From IMG/VR virus record IMGVR_UViG_3300020401_000018, positions 1 through 59,435 of that record: DNA of 59,435 bases. One strand, 5' to 3'. The notes beneath the pieces were generated by a model that was given only the letters and a program-made list of their open reading frames with translations, was not told the DNA's origin and ran no database searches. Both the position numbers and the translations under genes were made by a program. Positions 11,401 through 20,182 of the stretch are shown here, one piece after another (within the stretch, counting starts at the first letter, position 1; each line of letters opens with the position of its first letter). Source of the stretch: a virus. Its lineage: Duplodnaviria; Caudoviricetes.

Positions 11401-14014
11401 CTTGATCAATAATTTCTTTTATTCGTTGTCTACCTCTATTAGTTTTTGCATCAGATTTAACTCTGTTAAAATCTCTTCTATGTGTTTGTATTAAGGCTTG
11501 TCCTTGTGGCCCATTATCATACCCTAGTTTAGCCAGTTGTTCTTGTTCTTTTTTTGTAATGTTATTTAAAGTTTGATTGTTTACAGAGTTGTTTAATGTT
11601 CTCTTAGTCCACTTTACCCACTCTCTTTCTAAAATCACATCTACATCTTCATCGTTTCTGTTCTTTGGATCTAACGCTTTCATCCAACCAGGTAAAGATG
11701 CCATAGTTTCACCTGCTGCTATTCCTTCATCATAGTTCTCAAACTCTACACTAGTTTCTTCCAATGCGTTTCTTTTCCAATCTTCTTTACTTTTTAATCC
11801 ATCTTCTTCTAGTACATTATTTATAATATCTGAAGTACTAAGTCCTCTTCTTTTTAATTCTGCAATAACCCTTTGCATTCTAGCATCACTAGGAACTGGT
11901 TCTTCTTTTTCAAACTTCTCTGTTGTTTCTTGTTTATCAACTGCGTTTTGTTCTACTTTAATTACTTTACTTGCATCCTTTTCATTTAATAACTGAATAG
12001 TATTAGTCGTAGTGCTTCTTAGTACAATGTTTTTTGATCCGTCAATGTTTGTTGTTTCACCTAATATAGTAAACTCTGGAGGATTTTTATCTGTTTCAAA
12101 TTCAGGATTATCTGCTTGATAAGCTCCTTCGATAGTTACAGTATCACCAACCGTAGCTCCTGTTTTCTTTATAGTTTCAGTTTCAGTTGGATTTATTTCT
12201 CCTGTGCCAAACGTACCTTTGACTTTAGATTTACTTTGCTTTGCGTAATTTATTGCTCCAGGTACTACCCCAATACCAAAACCTGCAACACCACCAGCTG
12301 CAGCAGCTTCTCCTACTTGTTTCCAAAATTCTGGAGTGCTATATAAATCTTTTAAACTTGCATTTGCTCCAATCTCTGCAGCAGATGAGGTAATAATTTC
12401 TTGCAATCCTTCGGCGGTAGCCTCTCCTGCAAAACCTTTCGCTACACCTTTAGATACTTCTTTTATAATAGACGGATCTGTAACTGCTTTATTAAATCTA
12501 GTTTTTACTAAATTACCTACATTCTCTTTTATACCACCTAAAGTAGCTCTCTTAGCAAACGCTGATATAATTTGAGAACTCGCACCAAATGCTAATTCAG
12601 CAGCAGCGTAAGGAACACCTGCGGCTATGGATATAGCTGCATTAGAATCTCCTGATCTTTCTAGTTGTGCATTAGTTGCTTCACCAACACCCATTGCATA
12701 TGAACCTAGTAAGAAAGATAATCCTCCAAGCCCTATTGCGGACCCTGTTATCGGCATTGTAAATAAAGTACCAGCTCCTACCGCAGCTCCTACACCTCCA
12801 CCAACAACAGCTGCCCCTATTAATGGCAACATAGTTGCTGCACCAACTCCCATGTTAAAAGCTGCCCAATCTAAAAATGATCCAAGTTTATTTTCATCTT
12901 GTAACATATCTTCTATAGTGGTTATACGTAAATCAACTTGCCCCTCTTCTCCTTCTTTAAACATATGCACACCTGAGTCGAGATTATACTGTGCGACCAT
13001 TTTAGAAAACTTTTCTCTGCCATCTTCATTATCAAATAAATCAGCCATAGTATATAAGACACCAGATCCAATAGCTTTTAAATTATCAAAGCCAGACTTA
13101 GCACCTGCAGTAAAATTCCAATCGTCTAAATCTGTAGGATCATCATATCTTACAGGATCTAAACCATACTTATACAAGTAACCTTTGTTAAACATTTCTT
13201 GTTCAACGAAAGGAGACTTCATATATTTCTGCATGTCTTCCTTTGATAGATTTTCAGGTACAGCAAATTGAGGTGCTCTTGGGTCGTCAAACTTTATGTA
13301 CTTCATTTTTGGTTTTTCAACAACTGGCACAGCTTCAGGTTCTGCTGGAAACAATTGTGCGTATTGATTGGAGAAAGCTCCAAAATCAAAAGCAGTATTA
13401 AATGGTGATGGTAATTGATTGTTTGGTATTACGGTTCCAGATTGTTCTGGTATAATAATTTCAGGTCCTGCTTCACCAACAAGATAAGGTTTACCCGCTT
13501 CTATTGGGCCACCTTCCTCCCGAGCTTCTATTCCAAAAATATTTGATATGCGTCTATCTTTAGTTATATCTTTAGAAGTGTGATGAAACTTTTCATATAA
13601 TTGTGCGGCAGCGTTTGGGTTGCCTTCTAAAATTCCTAAAAAATATTGATCAGTTCCTTTTTGCTGGTATAAGTTAGCAAGCATGACATCTTCTTGCTGT
13701 TTGGGTGTGAGCTTATTTGGATCGTTATGTTTTTTGGCTTTAGCTACCCAGTCAGGTATGTTTCCCATTCGACTGTACATAGCGGCAGTTCTATTTAAAC
13801 CTGTCTGAAATGCGTTGCCTTCACCTTCAGTTAAAAACTGATATATACCTTTAGCTGAACTTATATCACTCTCAAGGTTTTTGCCCCCAGAGCTTTCAAT
13901 TTGTGCTACATCTGTTATAAATTTATCTAAGTTGGAAAGGTCACGAGCATTATATATTGCTCCTAACATTGTACGAATATCGTTTGGCCTTTTAAAAGGC
14001 TTCTTATCTGCCAT
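5432..14014 (-). CDS. Giant polyvalent internal virion protein: lysozyme/transglycosylase-like, TM segment, zincin peptidase, ADP-ribosyltransferase-like, PLxRFG-type C-terminus
   Basis: IESSGG...AKGIYQF; GGP...VGEAGPE; HHESMH; YHFT...LYINNP...GYDGI...ESFIVF; YVPLQRYG; last gene of the structural arm. Confidence 0.85.
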   Translation of the reverse strand: MADKKPFKRPNDIRTMLGAIYNARDLSNLDKFITDVAQIESSGGKNLESDISSAKGIYQFLTEGEGNAFQTGLNRTAAMYSRMGNIPDWVAKAKKHNDPNKLTPKQQEDVMLANLYQQKGTDQYFLGILEGNPNAAAQLYEKFHHTSKDITKDRRISNIFGIEAREEGGPIEAGKPYLVGEAGPEIIIPEQSGTVIPNNQLPSPFNTAFDFGAFSNQYAQLFPAEPEAVPVVEKPKMKYIKFDDPRAPQFAVPENLSKEDMQKYMKSPFVEQEMFNKGYLYKYGLDPVRYDDPTDLDDWNFTAGAKSGFDNLKAIGSGVLYTMADLFDNEDGREKFSKMVAQYNLDSGVHMFKEGEEGQVDLRITTIEDMLQDENKLGSFLDWAAFNMGVGAATMLPLIGAAVVGGGVGAAVGAGTLFTMPITGSAIGLGGLSFLLGSYAMGVGEATNAQLERSGDSNAAISIAAGVPYAAAELAFGASSQIISAFAKRATLGGIKENVGNLVKTRFNKAVTDPSIIKEVSKGVAKGFAGEATAEGLQEIITSSAAEIGANASLKDLYSTPEFWKQVGEAAAAGGVAGFGIGVVPGAINYAKQSKSKVKGTFGTGEINPTETETIKKTGATVGDTVTIEGAYQADNPEFETDKNPPEFTILGETTNIDGSKNIVLRSTTTNTIQLLNEKDASKVIKVEQNAVDKQETTEKFEKEEPVPSDARMQRVIAELKRRGLSTSDIINNVLEEDGLKSKEDWKRNALEETSVEFENYDEGIAAGETMASLPGWMKALDPKNRNDEDVDVILEREWVKWTKRTLNNSVNNQTLNNITKKEQEQLAKLGYDNGPQGQALIQTHRRDFNRVKSDAKTNRGRQRIKEIIDQGIPYEPMTVSTRTLVESRRVPPLNQRNDQEFENLTQQQKLADFETAKVDEEIQSLRLQKRNLDTKDPTYKQNIRDINIQINDLQTQKEARVLEASSALGRIDAIVDILNRLDVQGIKFNPKQMLRAALKIAKKQKNQIEINALQGALDKARTEYTPLIRFGTGTVFVYSDIMVDTARKEIKFLESQRKGGAEGLSAAEVEALTDEQKATYIDQTEKIQEFQDIIEVSLAKRKELNTLLESFNIEPLLNFKDNKPRIPGAQTIEKVKKQIRQIRKELYGYDENVYEKNVDTYWSVSNYPNSLDRPKLSLEAIKSMAVISDQFQKELNQLGLDNLSIRLVDSIMTEEGTVLNGRYFGGLGLIEVAMNATTPVDNIALADSQRYTMHHESMHYIFNNLLTPKEQNVLRDAARKTLINRYNIKNRYGPFGLNQSQMEEEAISDYFAEYMATTPNGALDSPKGIIGRVFERIRTYLITLANILRNNGLNGANQVFDKLDYGTVIARRAIMSKAVMETTEISNIAKAAGISVDEAQAFIQRGLKKTKVLNSGYNTGSITDNIGLYNSFILYQQPRTGLMTDPSLRKITALVNGLMKSLTTKVGLPNISEANYYLAELKKVTSQELNAAIASLQSADLNFADKFETFSAMELGTATRAQRQVMNLLASLNSRTQGVEIFTNRLNRITLPTESDLRIAGSIKKTYHFTSQGSTIPVLETGKISELGLHFASSEMQAKDRYNMKVRRGETTLIPVVGRRTKTGGVLFQDGRFDIDEATEEDLGSINTAILYINNPLRMPDMGNWDTFEVLERLTETPTSKNFRAFRTFYNTIDVSPVLFTEKENAAISRALGEIEANFMEGKSQFKNYKNMQSAYLVKKIKERGYDGIVYVNMAEGMRAGDFDRGVEKGAQESFIVFDSNQIQEVEFNSNPDFTDINYQASVQMQESVADDELSKPETMNRQQQKEGNKLLKDTAEATDKIFEDGKEASLKDISLFGKWANHARNFATKYPVVARLWDSISKMEQKGREIQTQFVMNMRLYFDVINNVEGAKVALAKAHIISQQEGAQGRYRRDANGQIIFVSPIDMTTGGFGENLITIKKGEIVILEGDIAIAYEEAQLAIQNILEEIKKGTIASNYVDDIINAAQMINIMDPNLLQRSGLDVSALNKDTVENINFQQLSAIVIGLQTMEQRQIDSAQLELFAPLPVIQQLLGTEEQGLKALQKQLGIYEDYKTFDYVPLQRYGEFYVTVKDSEGKIIHAESIEKPFVEERATGNTFEGKKNQVLQKLARLYPPSAGFEISDVKEDKPTMRQKLIEEFSMLDLLASRMSEPTATAYAEARKELDRRIGGGTLVGFDQFLRGRKQIGGVPGFDGDILRGITSFGMVASEYAARNRFLKEVRDRTSSAIKYTEQSGNQRPRLREAIQNMVDYGVDNAHHHEFASLRRMGFWWFLGGNLSSGILQIMSAVQFTGPILAQFSNSAVVLKEMTRAAADVGKMITFTNNEFNDVYLDFDKIPADVREAVKEDVANGIIKQGQAIYEAGMAPGYAMTPTEKTKARARTRQFEQSIMGGVFNTFETISRLTAYISAYRIANNDAVMEKANDYYGSSNKLWNAYKERRGGVATRQDFARILVDDTFGDYSKANRPKIMRGPGSVFFLFQTYISQMFFLLHRLMTQGGPQGRKMFARVMLMLFATGGLMGMPGMEELDQVYRLIQRMRGVNEDMRTVMREMFAETVGPQATEYLMQGVIEAGTGASVQRRLSLGEVPGSAQIRALLNMLGFPTGARVEEFLGAPGAVFIDSAREMKDIFAKDGVAAFYEDLDLYMAAMPTFIKNLYRATYKYPTEGYVETKYGTIVTADLTALDLIKQGMGFTPTKISKERTALYYDKAIEGKYSGKIRGFNTKLKRAYRDMYIGLNVNRDPDMVRDAQLEINKIMREVMAFNNKVGYEYMYFPQLSRLRSEGIQQANTTYRNLQTDKSTKRLKDKMRESLNIKDSN

Positions 14015-14058
14015 TTGTTTCCTTACGTATTGTATTCAGAGAGCGAACTCTCTTAGGT

Positions 14059-15228
14059 TTAATTGTTTAATACTCCTGATTGGTAACTTACAGTGTTACC
14101 TGAACTCCCAGAGCCTTGTGCTCCTGCCATGTTCATAACAAGAGAATTTTTTATATCGGTTAATTGTTGTTGTAAACTTGGATCTTCAACCATTGAAATG
14201 TATTCAAAGCTTAACGCCTCTAACATTGCTTTTTGCTGGTCTAAACTATAACCTTTTATCAGTTCAGCGGCAACTGCTGCAGCGTAGCCTGCATCTCCTG
14301 GACCTAATCCCGTTTCACCTTGAACTACTATCATTGCGTTCTTAGCATCATTTGTTAATAGATCTGAAGGTTGATCTGCACTTGGGTCAAGTAAAGATGC
14401 TTGTCTAAGGTCTACAGCTATGTTAGCTGCATCAGTAAGACCTGCTCTATATTCTTTTGACTGATCTATATTCATGTCTGCATAAACTTTTTGTTCATCT
14501 GCCATCGTCTTGCTTGTTCGTGCTGTCGCCTCATTAATTTGTGCTTGTTTAAATAATGCTTCTAAATTTGCAGCCGCCTTATCCGTTGCCCTGTCTTCTT
14601 CAGCAATCTTTTTATTGTAAGCTTCTGTCTCTAAAGCTTTCACTGCTTGACCTGCATCATCTAATCCTAATGCTATATCTCCAAGGAAGCTACGATATTC
14701 TCCAGGATTTCTAGGCTCTAGTAATCTTCTACTTATTGCATTCATACTAGCAAAAGTTTTATCGGCATTCGAAATAGATTCACCTTCTCTGACATCTTTA
14801 TCAAACATTTTTTCTAAGAAACTTTTTGACTCATAAGCTTCTTGTTTAGCTATAGCTTTTTGTTCTTTATCAAAAGCTGCTGCTGCTTCAGGAGAACGCT
14901 TGATTGGAAATACATCAACCTCTTCAAAACGTTTAGGGGTATATGTCATAGGTTGTTTTCTTGAATCAGCTTCAGATTGTCTTTGTTCTTCGCCTCCCAT
15001 AAATGTATTAATATTATCATAATAGCCAGGAGCTACATCTTTGTTGTCTTCTCCAAAAAAAGTAGGAGTGTATTCAAATTTTGGTTTTCTTAAATCTGCT
15101 TCATATTGCCTTTGCTCTATGCCACCCTCTACTATAGGAGTCAAAGAATAAGGGTTTCTATATTGATATTGCATTTCTTCTTCGTCGTCTTTATACAAAT
15201 CTAAAAAAGGTGACATTGGTCCTGCCAT
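14059..15228 (-). CDS. Putative internal virion/ejection protein
   Basis: Position; acidic and helical; duplicated GGxEQRQxEADxRK...YTP motif. Confidence 0.65.
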   Translation of the reverse strand: MAGPMSPFLDLYKDDEEEMQYQYRNPYSLTPIVEGGIEQRQYEADLRKPKFEYTPTFFGEDNKDVAPGYYDNINTFMGGEEQRQSEADSRKQPMTYTPKRFEEVDVFPIKRSPEAAAAFDKEQKAIAKQEAYESKSFLEKMFDKDVREGESISNADKTFASMNAISRRLLEPRNPGEYRSFLGDIALGLDDAGQAVKALETEAYNKKIAEEDRATDKAAANLEALFKQAQINEATARTSKTMADEQKVYADMNIDQSKEYRAGLTDAANIAVDLRQASLLDPSADQPSDLLTNDAKNAMIVVQGETGLGPGDAGYAAAVAAELIKGYSLDQQKAMLEALSFEYISMVEDPSLQQQLTDIKNSLVMNMAGAQGSGSSGNTVSYQSGVLNN

Positions 15229-15236
15229 AATTTATC

Positions 15237-16274
15237 CTATCCAAATGGTGTCCAGCCTAGACCACCAGCTACACTAGCTGCGTTAAGTCCAAAGCCTAAT
15301 AGTTGAGAGAATCCGCTAGGACCTTCTTGTCCTGGTGCGGTTGCTTGAGTGTATGTAGTTACAGGATACGGTGCTCCTTGTAAAATACCACTCATAAATG
15401 TTAATTGTTCTTTAGGGTAATATTGTTCTTTTAAGAAATCACTATATGCAATATCTAAAGCTTGCTGATCTACTCCTCTTTCTAGTGCCCCCACTCCTAG
15501 TTGAGAAGCAACGTCTGCAGCACCTAAAGTTTGTCTAGTAGCTGCGCCAGTAATTTCTGCTAGTCCAATGTTACGCATTGAATCAGCAGCGCCTGTTGAA
15601 GCTTTTGCTAAACTACCCATAGATGTTCCTGCTTGCACTTCACGTTTTCTATCATCTTGTGCAGCTTTTAAAGCTGACTCATAAGCACTTCCATATCCTT
15701 TTGCATATAGATCACTAATACCCTGACTTAAACTTCTGTTTGTTATCCCTTCAAGAACAGCTTGCCTACTACCTCCAAACGCTCCAGTCTGTGCAGCTGT
15801 TGCAGCATTTGCTATTTGTTGTCTTTGCGTTTCTTCTCGTAATCTTCTAGCTGCAGGATCTAAAGCTTGAGTTACATATGGGTTAATATAGTTCTGTATG
15901 TCAGCAGCTGATATACTTGATGCACCTCGTCCTAATAAGTTAGCACCTTCTTGCACTAAACCTTGAGTGCCTGAAGCACCTGATAAGAATTGGTCAGCAC
16001 CACCTAATGTCGTAATACCTGCTGTTGCCGCACCATATCCTTCTCCTGCTTGTGCTCTTTGTTGTGCAATTGCATCTTGTTCTGCTTGACTTAAACCAGC
16101 AAGTCTTGGACCTGCATAAGATACATAATCTTCAGAAGCAACATCTGCTGCTGCGCCAATTAATTGAGCTGAAGGTTGTGCTACGTATGTAGGTATATCA
16201 GTAGTTTGAATTCCTGACGATTGAACTGCAGGAGCAGATTGTCCACCACCAAATAAAAAATCAAATAGTGCCAT
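15237..16274 (-). CDS. Putative DNA transfer/ejection protein
   Basis: Ala/Gln/Gly-rich; YINPY...AAQTGAFGGSRQAV motif typical of podovirus ejection proteins. Confidence 0.7.
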   Translation of the reverse strand: MALFDFLFGGGQSAPAVQSSGIQTTDIPTYVAQPSAQLIGAAADVASEDYVSYAGPRLAGLSQAEQDAIAQQRAQAGEGYGAATAGITTLGGADQFLSGASGTQGLVQEGANLLGRGASSISAADIQNYINPYVTQALDPAARRLREETQRQQIANAATAAQTGAFGGSRQAVLEGITNRSLSQGISDLYAKGYGSAYESALKAAQDDRKREVQAGTSMGSLAKASTGAADSMRNIGLAEITGAATRQTLGAADVASQLGVGALERGVDQQALDIAYSDFLKEQYYPKEQLTFMSGILQGAPYPVTTYTQATAPGQEGPSGFSQLLGFGLNAASVAGGLGWTPFG

Positions 16275-17668
16275 TATCCACCTCCTGATGTTGAGCCTGA
16301 ATAATCAAAGTCTGTACCTTGACCAAAATCAGGTGGTCCATAATATTGTCTTCTTCTAGCTTGATACTCACTAAATGGTTCTAGTAAATTAAAACCACCT
16401 ACCATTGCATAGTTTCTTATTTCATCTAAAGTTAAACTATCGCCTTCAGGAATTTTTTTACCATCTCTTCTTAACATAAATCTTCTTCGACCTGGAACTA
16501 AATCACCTTCTGTTATTCTATCACTAGTATAGTCTGATGGTAGATATGCGTCACTTGGATCTAAGTAGTCGCCAGTTTCACCAGCACCACTGCCTACTTC
16601 TTGGGCAATAGTTTGTTCTACAAAATTTCTTCTGTTATTTCTATCTCTTCCAGCACGATTTCCTTGATCCATATAATCTCTAGTAAAAGTAAAACCGCCT
16701 CTACCAAATATATTATCTAAGAATCCTCCTGCTTTATTTATATTAAATGCTCCAACAGGTTTTCCATCTAAAGTAGCGTTAAACTTCATATCTCCTAATA
16801 ACCCTTTACTTTGATCAAACTCCATTCTAGCTATATCTGCTGGAGTATATCCGCCACGCATAAGTTTATCGTATGCACCGTATCCTACATCTAAGCTCAT
16901 GCCTTGATTAAAAGGATTATCATAACCTTTTGTGTTTGGATTATAGCCAGAAGCTCTTGTCATCATATCTCTGACAGCTAAACTTTTACCTGCCGTAGTT
17001 TGTTTGCCATATTCTTCATCAATCTCTGCTTGAGTCATTCCTAAATTTGCTATTCGATCTCTAGTATCTCTTCCGCCTCTTCCAAATTCATCACCTAAAC
17101 TTCCTCCTGCAGCTGAAATTCTATCTGTTGCTGCTGCTACATCTGCTGCTGCAAATCTGTTAGGGTTTCTTTGCATAGCTTTATCAAGACTGCTTATACC
17201 ATCTCTATTTCTAGTATCGTCTTTATCTTTATCTTTATCTTTTTTCTCTGATGAAGGAGAGTTCATTTGTCCACCTCTAAATCCTCCTGGTCCTGGTGGT
17301 CTGAAAGAAGGAACACCCGACTCAGTCATTTCACCACTACCCCCAAGTAGTTTCAATATGCCTGCTTCTTGTGGTGTAATAAAAGCCAGCATGTGACCAG
17401 GAGGAGCTGAAGCTGCCTCGACTGTATTGGCCATGCCAGTTAGCTGTGCATTTACATTTTGCCGAGCTATATTCATAAAATCTACATTTTGATTATTAGA
17501 TTCAGGAATCATGTGTATACCCTTGACTCCTTTTTGTGCCCCTTTTCTAGCTTGCTTATAAGCTAAAGCTCCGATACCAGGCATACTTTGCCCGATCTCA
17601 GAGGCACGCATTACAATATCATTAGGTTGTACTGGACCTGTAACGTCCATCTTTTGGCTGTTATCCAT
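16274..17668 (-). CDS. Putative internal virion protein
   Basis: HMLAFITPQEAGILKLLGGSG...GVPSF motif; Gly/Arg/Asp-rich. Confidence 0.65.
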   Translation of the reverse strand: MDNSQKMDVTGPVQPNDIVMRASEIGQSMPGIGALAYKQARKGAQKGVKGIHMIPESNNQNVDFMNIARQNVNAQLTGMANTVEAASAPPGHMLAFITPQEAGILKLLGGSGEMTESGVPSFRPPGPGGFRGGQMNSPSSEKKDKDKDKDDTRNRDGISSLDKAMQRNPNRFAAADVAAATDRISAAGGSLGDEFGRGGRDTRDRIANLGMTQAEIDEEYGKQTTAGKSLAVRDMMTRASGYNPNTKGYDNPFNQGMSLDVGYGAYDKLMRGGYTPADIARMEFDQSKGLLGDMKFNATLDGKPVGAFNINKAGGFLDNIFGRGGFTFTRDYMDQGNRAGRDRNNRRNFVEQTIAQEVGSGAGETGDYLDPSDAYLPSDYTSDRITEGDLVPGRRRFMLRRDGKKIPEGDSLTLDEIRNYAMVGGFNLLEPFSEYQARRRQYYGPPDFGQGTDFDYSGSTSGGG

Positions 17669-17674
17669 GATTAT

Positions 17675-17703
17675 ATTATACCTTATATGTCCCCTATTTG
17701 CAA
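17675..17703 (-). promoter_or_regulatory. sigma70-type promoter for the internal virion operon
   Basis: TTGCAA-17 nt-TATAAT on minus strand. Confidence 0.75.
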
Positions 17704-17713
17704 GGGGGCACCC

Positions 17714-18049
17714 TTATTCATTTTGAGCTACTGCCATATAGCTGATTACAATATCTAGCTGATCTGTGGAAGTAGAAGTTACTTTTAATATATCTGATTC
17801 TTCTAGTATTAACGGGTGAGTCAATAACTCTATAGTCTGATTTCCTACTAATACTTTTAATCGTTCAATTGTGTATGTAGCAGACGCTGAACTGTCTGTT
17901 ACTTCAAAGGTCACTGAAGGAGTAAATACTCCCATAGTTGAAACCCTAATAGATTTTATTATTAATTGTTGTTTAGCAGGAGCTGTCAGCAAACTAGTCT
18001 GTGAAGTAGACGTTAGTGATTTTCCTACTATTTCATATTTTATTGCCAT
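17714..18049 (-). CDS. Small beta-rich virion protein
   Basis: MAIKYEIVG start; structural operon. Confidence 0.7.
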   Translation of the reverse strand: MAIKYEIVGKSLTSTSQTSLLTAPAKQQLIIKSIRVSTMGVFTPSVTFEVTDSSASATYTIERLKVLVGNQTIELLTHPLILEESDILKVTSTSTDQLDIVISYMAVAQNE

Positions 18050-18237
18050 TATCCTAAAAACCAATTCATAGATTTTTGTTCTGTATCATCTGCTAAGCGC
18101 CTTGGTATAGGGCTTAAAGAGTTATCCCTTAATCTTAATGCTTGTATTAATGCGTCATATGTTCTAGCCAGAATAGTTTTATTTGTTCTTTCTTCAACAG
18201 ATAATTCTGGGTATATTCCTTTACTATATAAACTCAT
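18049..18237 (-). CDS. Hypothetical protein
   Basis: Translationally coupled on both sides. Confidence 0.7.
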   Translation of the reverse strand: MSLYSKGIYPELSVEERTNKTILARTYDALIQALRLRDNSLSPIPRRLADDTEQKSMNWFLG

Positions 18238-20174
18238 TACCTAGTACCATCTGGTTGTCCACGCACACGCCAAGTTCCTAATCGCCATTGTGTGTCAGTT
18301 GCATCACTAAATATTTTTACTTGAAACGCTCTACCTCTTGCTCTAAAATCTAATTTACCTTGTGTAGAATTTATAGAGAAAGGTCCTTTTGTAACTACGT
18401 TTGCATCGTTAGGATATCGCTTAGTGTTTATTTCTGTCTTAATAGTATCACCTGCAGCAAATGTTGTATCAGGTATAATTCTATCCATAAAGAAAACTTG
18501 ATCTCCGTTTTCATCACCATTAAAATATCCTGTTTGTATAAAAGAAGTCATAGCAGAACCATTATTATCAAATCCTGTTTCTTGATTGTAGACAACTCCA
18601 GATAAGTCAACGGCTATTGGAGTGCTAAAAGTATCACTATCTTCCCAAGCAGTTCTTACTAACGATTGTCCAATTGACCAAGTGTTGTCTACGTAATTAT
18701 ATATTACGTATCTATTAATATCTGTCGCAGGTGTGGTTATGTCTGTTGTTATGTTAGTTGAGTCAGCTCCATAAAACCACCAAATCTCATTGTATTTAGA
18801 TACTTGTGCACTAAAAATTTTCTGAGATTGTAACATACTTAATGTTTCTTTTACTGTTGAATCTGGCCTTAATCCTCCATAAATTAAATTATGTACAGGA
18901 CATGGTAACACTTTAATTGTTCCATCATATACGTAGAAATTATTTTCACCAATCCAGTAAGCTACACCTTCAACAGTTGCTGGAGAATTTACAGATAACG
19001 CTCCTGCTCGTGTACCTAGTTGAGTAAAAGCAAATGTAAATGGTGGGCCAATAAATTGCATACCATATAAATCTTGATCAGTCCAAATTAATAGTTGCCC
19101 CTTAGACTTTCTAACAGCAGTTATTTCAGCACCTGTTCCTAATCTTTGATCACCTGCTGAATTTAACTCATCAGCATTCCAGATATTTAAAGTTTCTTGA
19201 GATGCAAATCTTACTGTTAATGGATCAAAATCTGTACTACCTTCAGGCTCACATCCAAAAGCAATTAGATGTCTGTCTGGTGTGGAAACTAAAACTCGTC
19301 CTACTTTTGAAGGTATACCAGTAGTAGGCAGACCAAGAGTTGTAACATATTGAGAAAGAGTAACTCCTCTATCTGTAACATTTGTCATATCGAAATAATA
19401 TATTTCTTCTGTACCATCTCCAGTAGAAGCTACAATATCTTCGCCCCACATGTCAAAAGACCAAACTCGTGTGTTTTGTGCAATACCTGTACTTCTAGCA
19501 GTGTTCCAAGTACTTGACCCATAAGTTCCTGCACCAAAACCAAAACCTATTGTGCTATCATCTGGCCCGTTGTTTGTTAACGCTCTAATGTTTACTGCCC
19601 CTCCACCTGATGTAGATCCTGAACTAGCTGTTCCTGAAATAGATGCTCCAGTGCCTGCTACAGGAGTTATAGTAAATGAATTAGCATTAATAACAGTAGC
19701 TAAATATTCTCCAGGTGCAATAGTAACACCATCAACTGTTCCTGATCCAATACTAGATATGATAACTCTTGATGCAGGATTTGTGGTTGTAATACCATGA
19801 GATGCCCAAGTCACAGTAACTTCATTAGATCCTGCTGAGCCAGTTGTAAATGGATTTGTTAAAGCATTAGTAGCTGTTCTGTAAGGTGTAACATCATAAA
19901 AAGCTTCGCCGCTTTCTAAATAAACATGAGTATTAGTACCGTATATAATCCACCTTTGTCCTAAATTAGTTATGCCTGATAATAATGCTCTCACAGTTCC
20001 TCCAATAGTAAAACCTATAGACGCATCACGTTGTTCCCACCCTCCTAATTTTTCAGGAAAGGTATTTCTAAATCTTACTAGATCTCCATCTGTATATCTC
20101 ATCTGTGCTTGATAGTCAGAAACTTCAGTAACTATCCCAGGTGATGGTGGTGATAATTTTAATAATGCGCTCAT
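18237..20174 (-). CDS. Tail nozzle / DNA stabilisation protein (P22 gp10-like)
   Basis: DGDLVRFR...EKLGGW N-terminus; beta-rich; WRLG...QPDGTR C-terminus; position. Confidence 0.7.
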   Translation of the reverse strand: MSALLKLSPPSPGIVTEVSDYQAQMRYTDGDLVRFRNTFPEKLGGWEQRDASIGFTIGGTVRALLSGITNLGQRWIIYGTNTHVYLESGEAFYDVTPYRTATNALTNPFTTGSAGSNEVTVTWASHGITTTNPASRVIISSIGSGTVDGVTIAPGEYLATVINANSFTITPVAGTGASISGTASSGSTSGGGAVNIRALTNNGPDDSTIGFGFGAGTYGSSTWNTARSTGIAQNTRVWSFDMWGEDIVASTGDGTEEIYYFDMTNVTDRGVTLSQYVTTLGLPTTGIPSKVGRVLVSTPDRHLIAFGCEPEGSTDFDPLTVRFASQETLNIWNADELNSAGDQRLGTGAEITAVRKSKGQLLIWTDQDLYGMQFIGPPFTFAFTQLGTRAGALSVNSPATVEGVAYWIGENNFYVYDGTIKVLPCPVHNLIYGGLRPDSTVKETLSMLQSQKIFSAQVSKYNEIWWFYGADSTNITTDITTPATDINRYVIYNYVDNTWSIGQSLVRTAWEDSDTFSTPIAVDLSGVVYNQETGFDNNGSAMTSFIQTGYFNGDENGDQVFFMDRIIPDTTFAAGDTIKTEINTKRYPNDANVVTKGPFSINSTQGKLDFRARGRAFQVKIFSDATDTQWRLGTWRVRGQPDGTR

Positions 20175-20182
20175 TACGCTAC

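Noticed and set aside
12116-13181. Plus-strand ORFs inside the giant gene, and similar antisense ORFs elsewhere
   Set aside because: Shadow frames of real genes with no motifs or SD.
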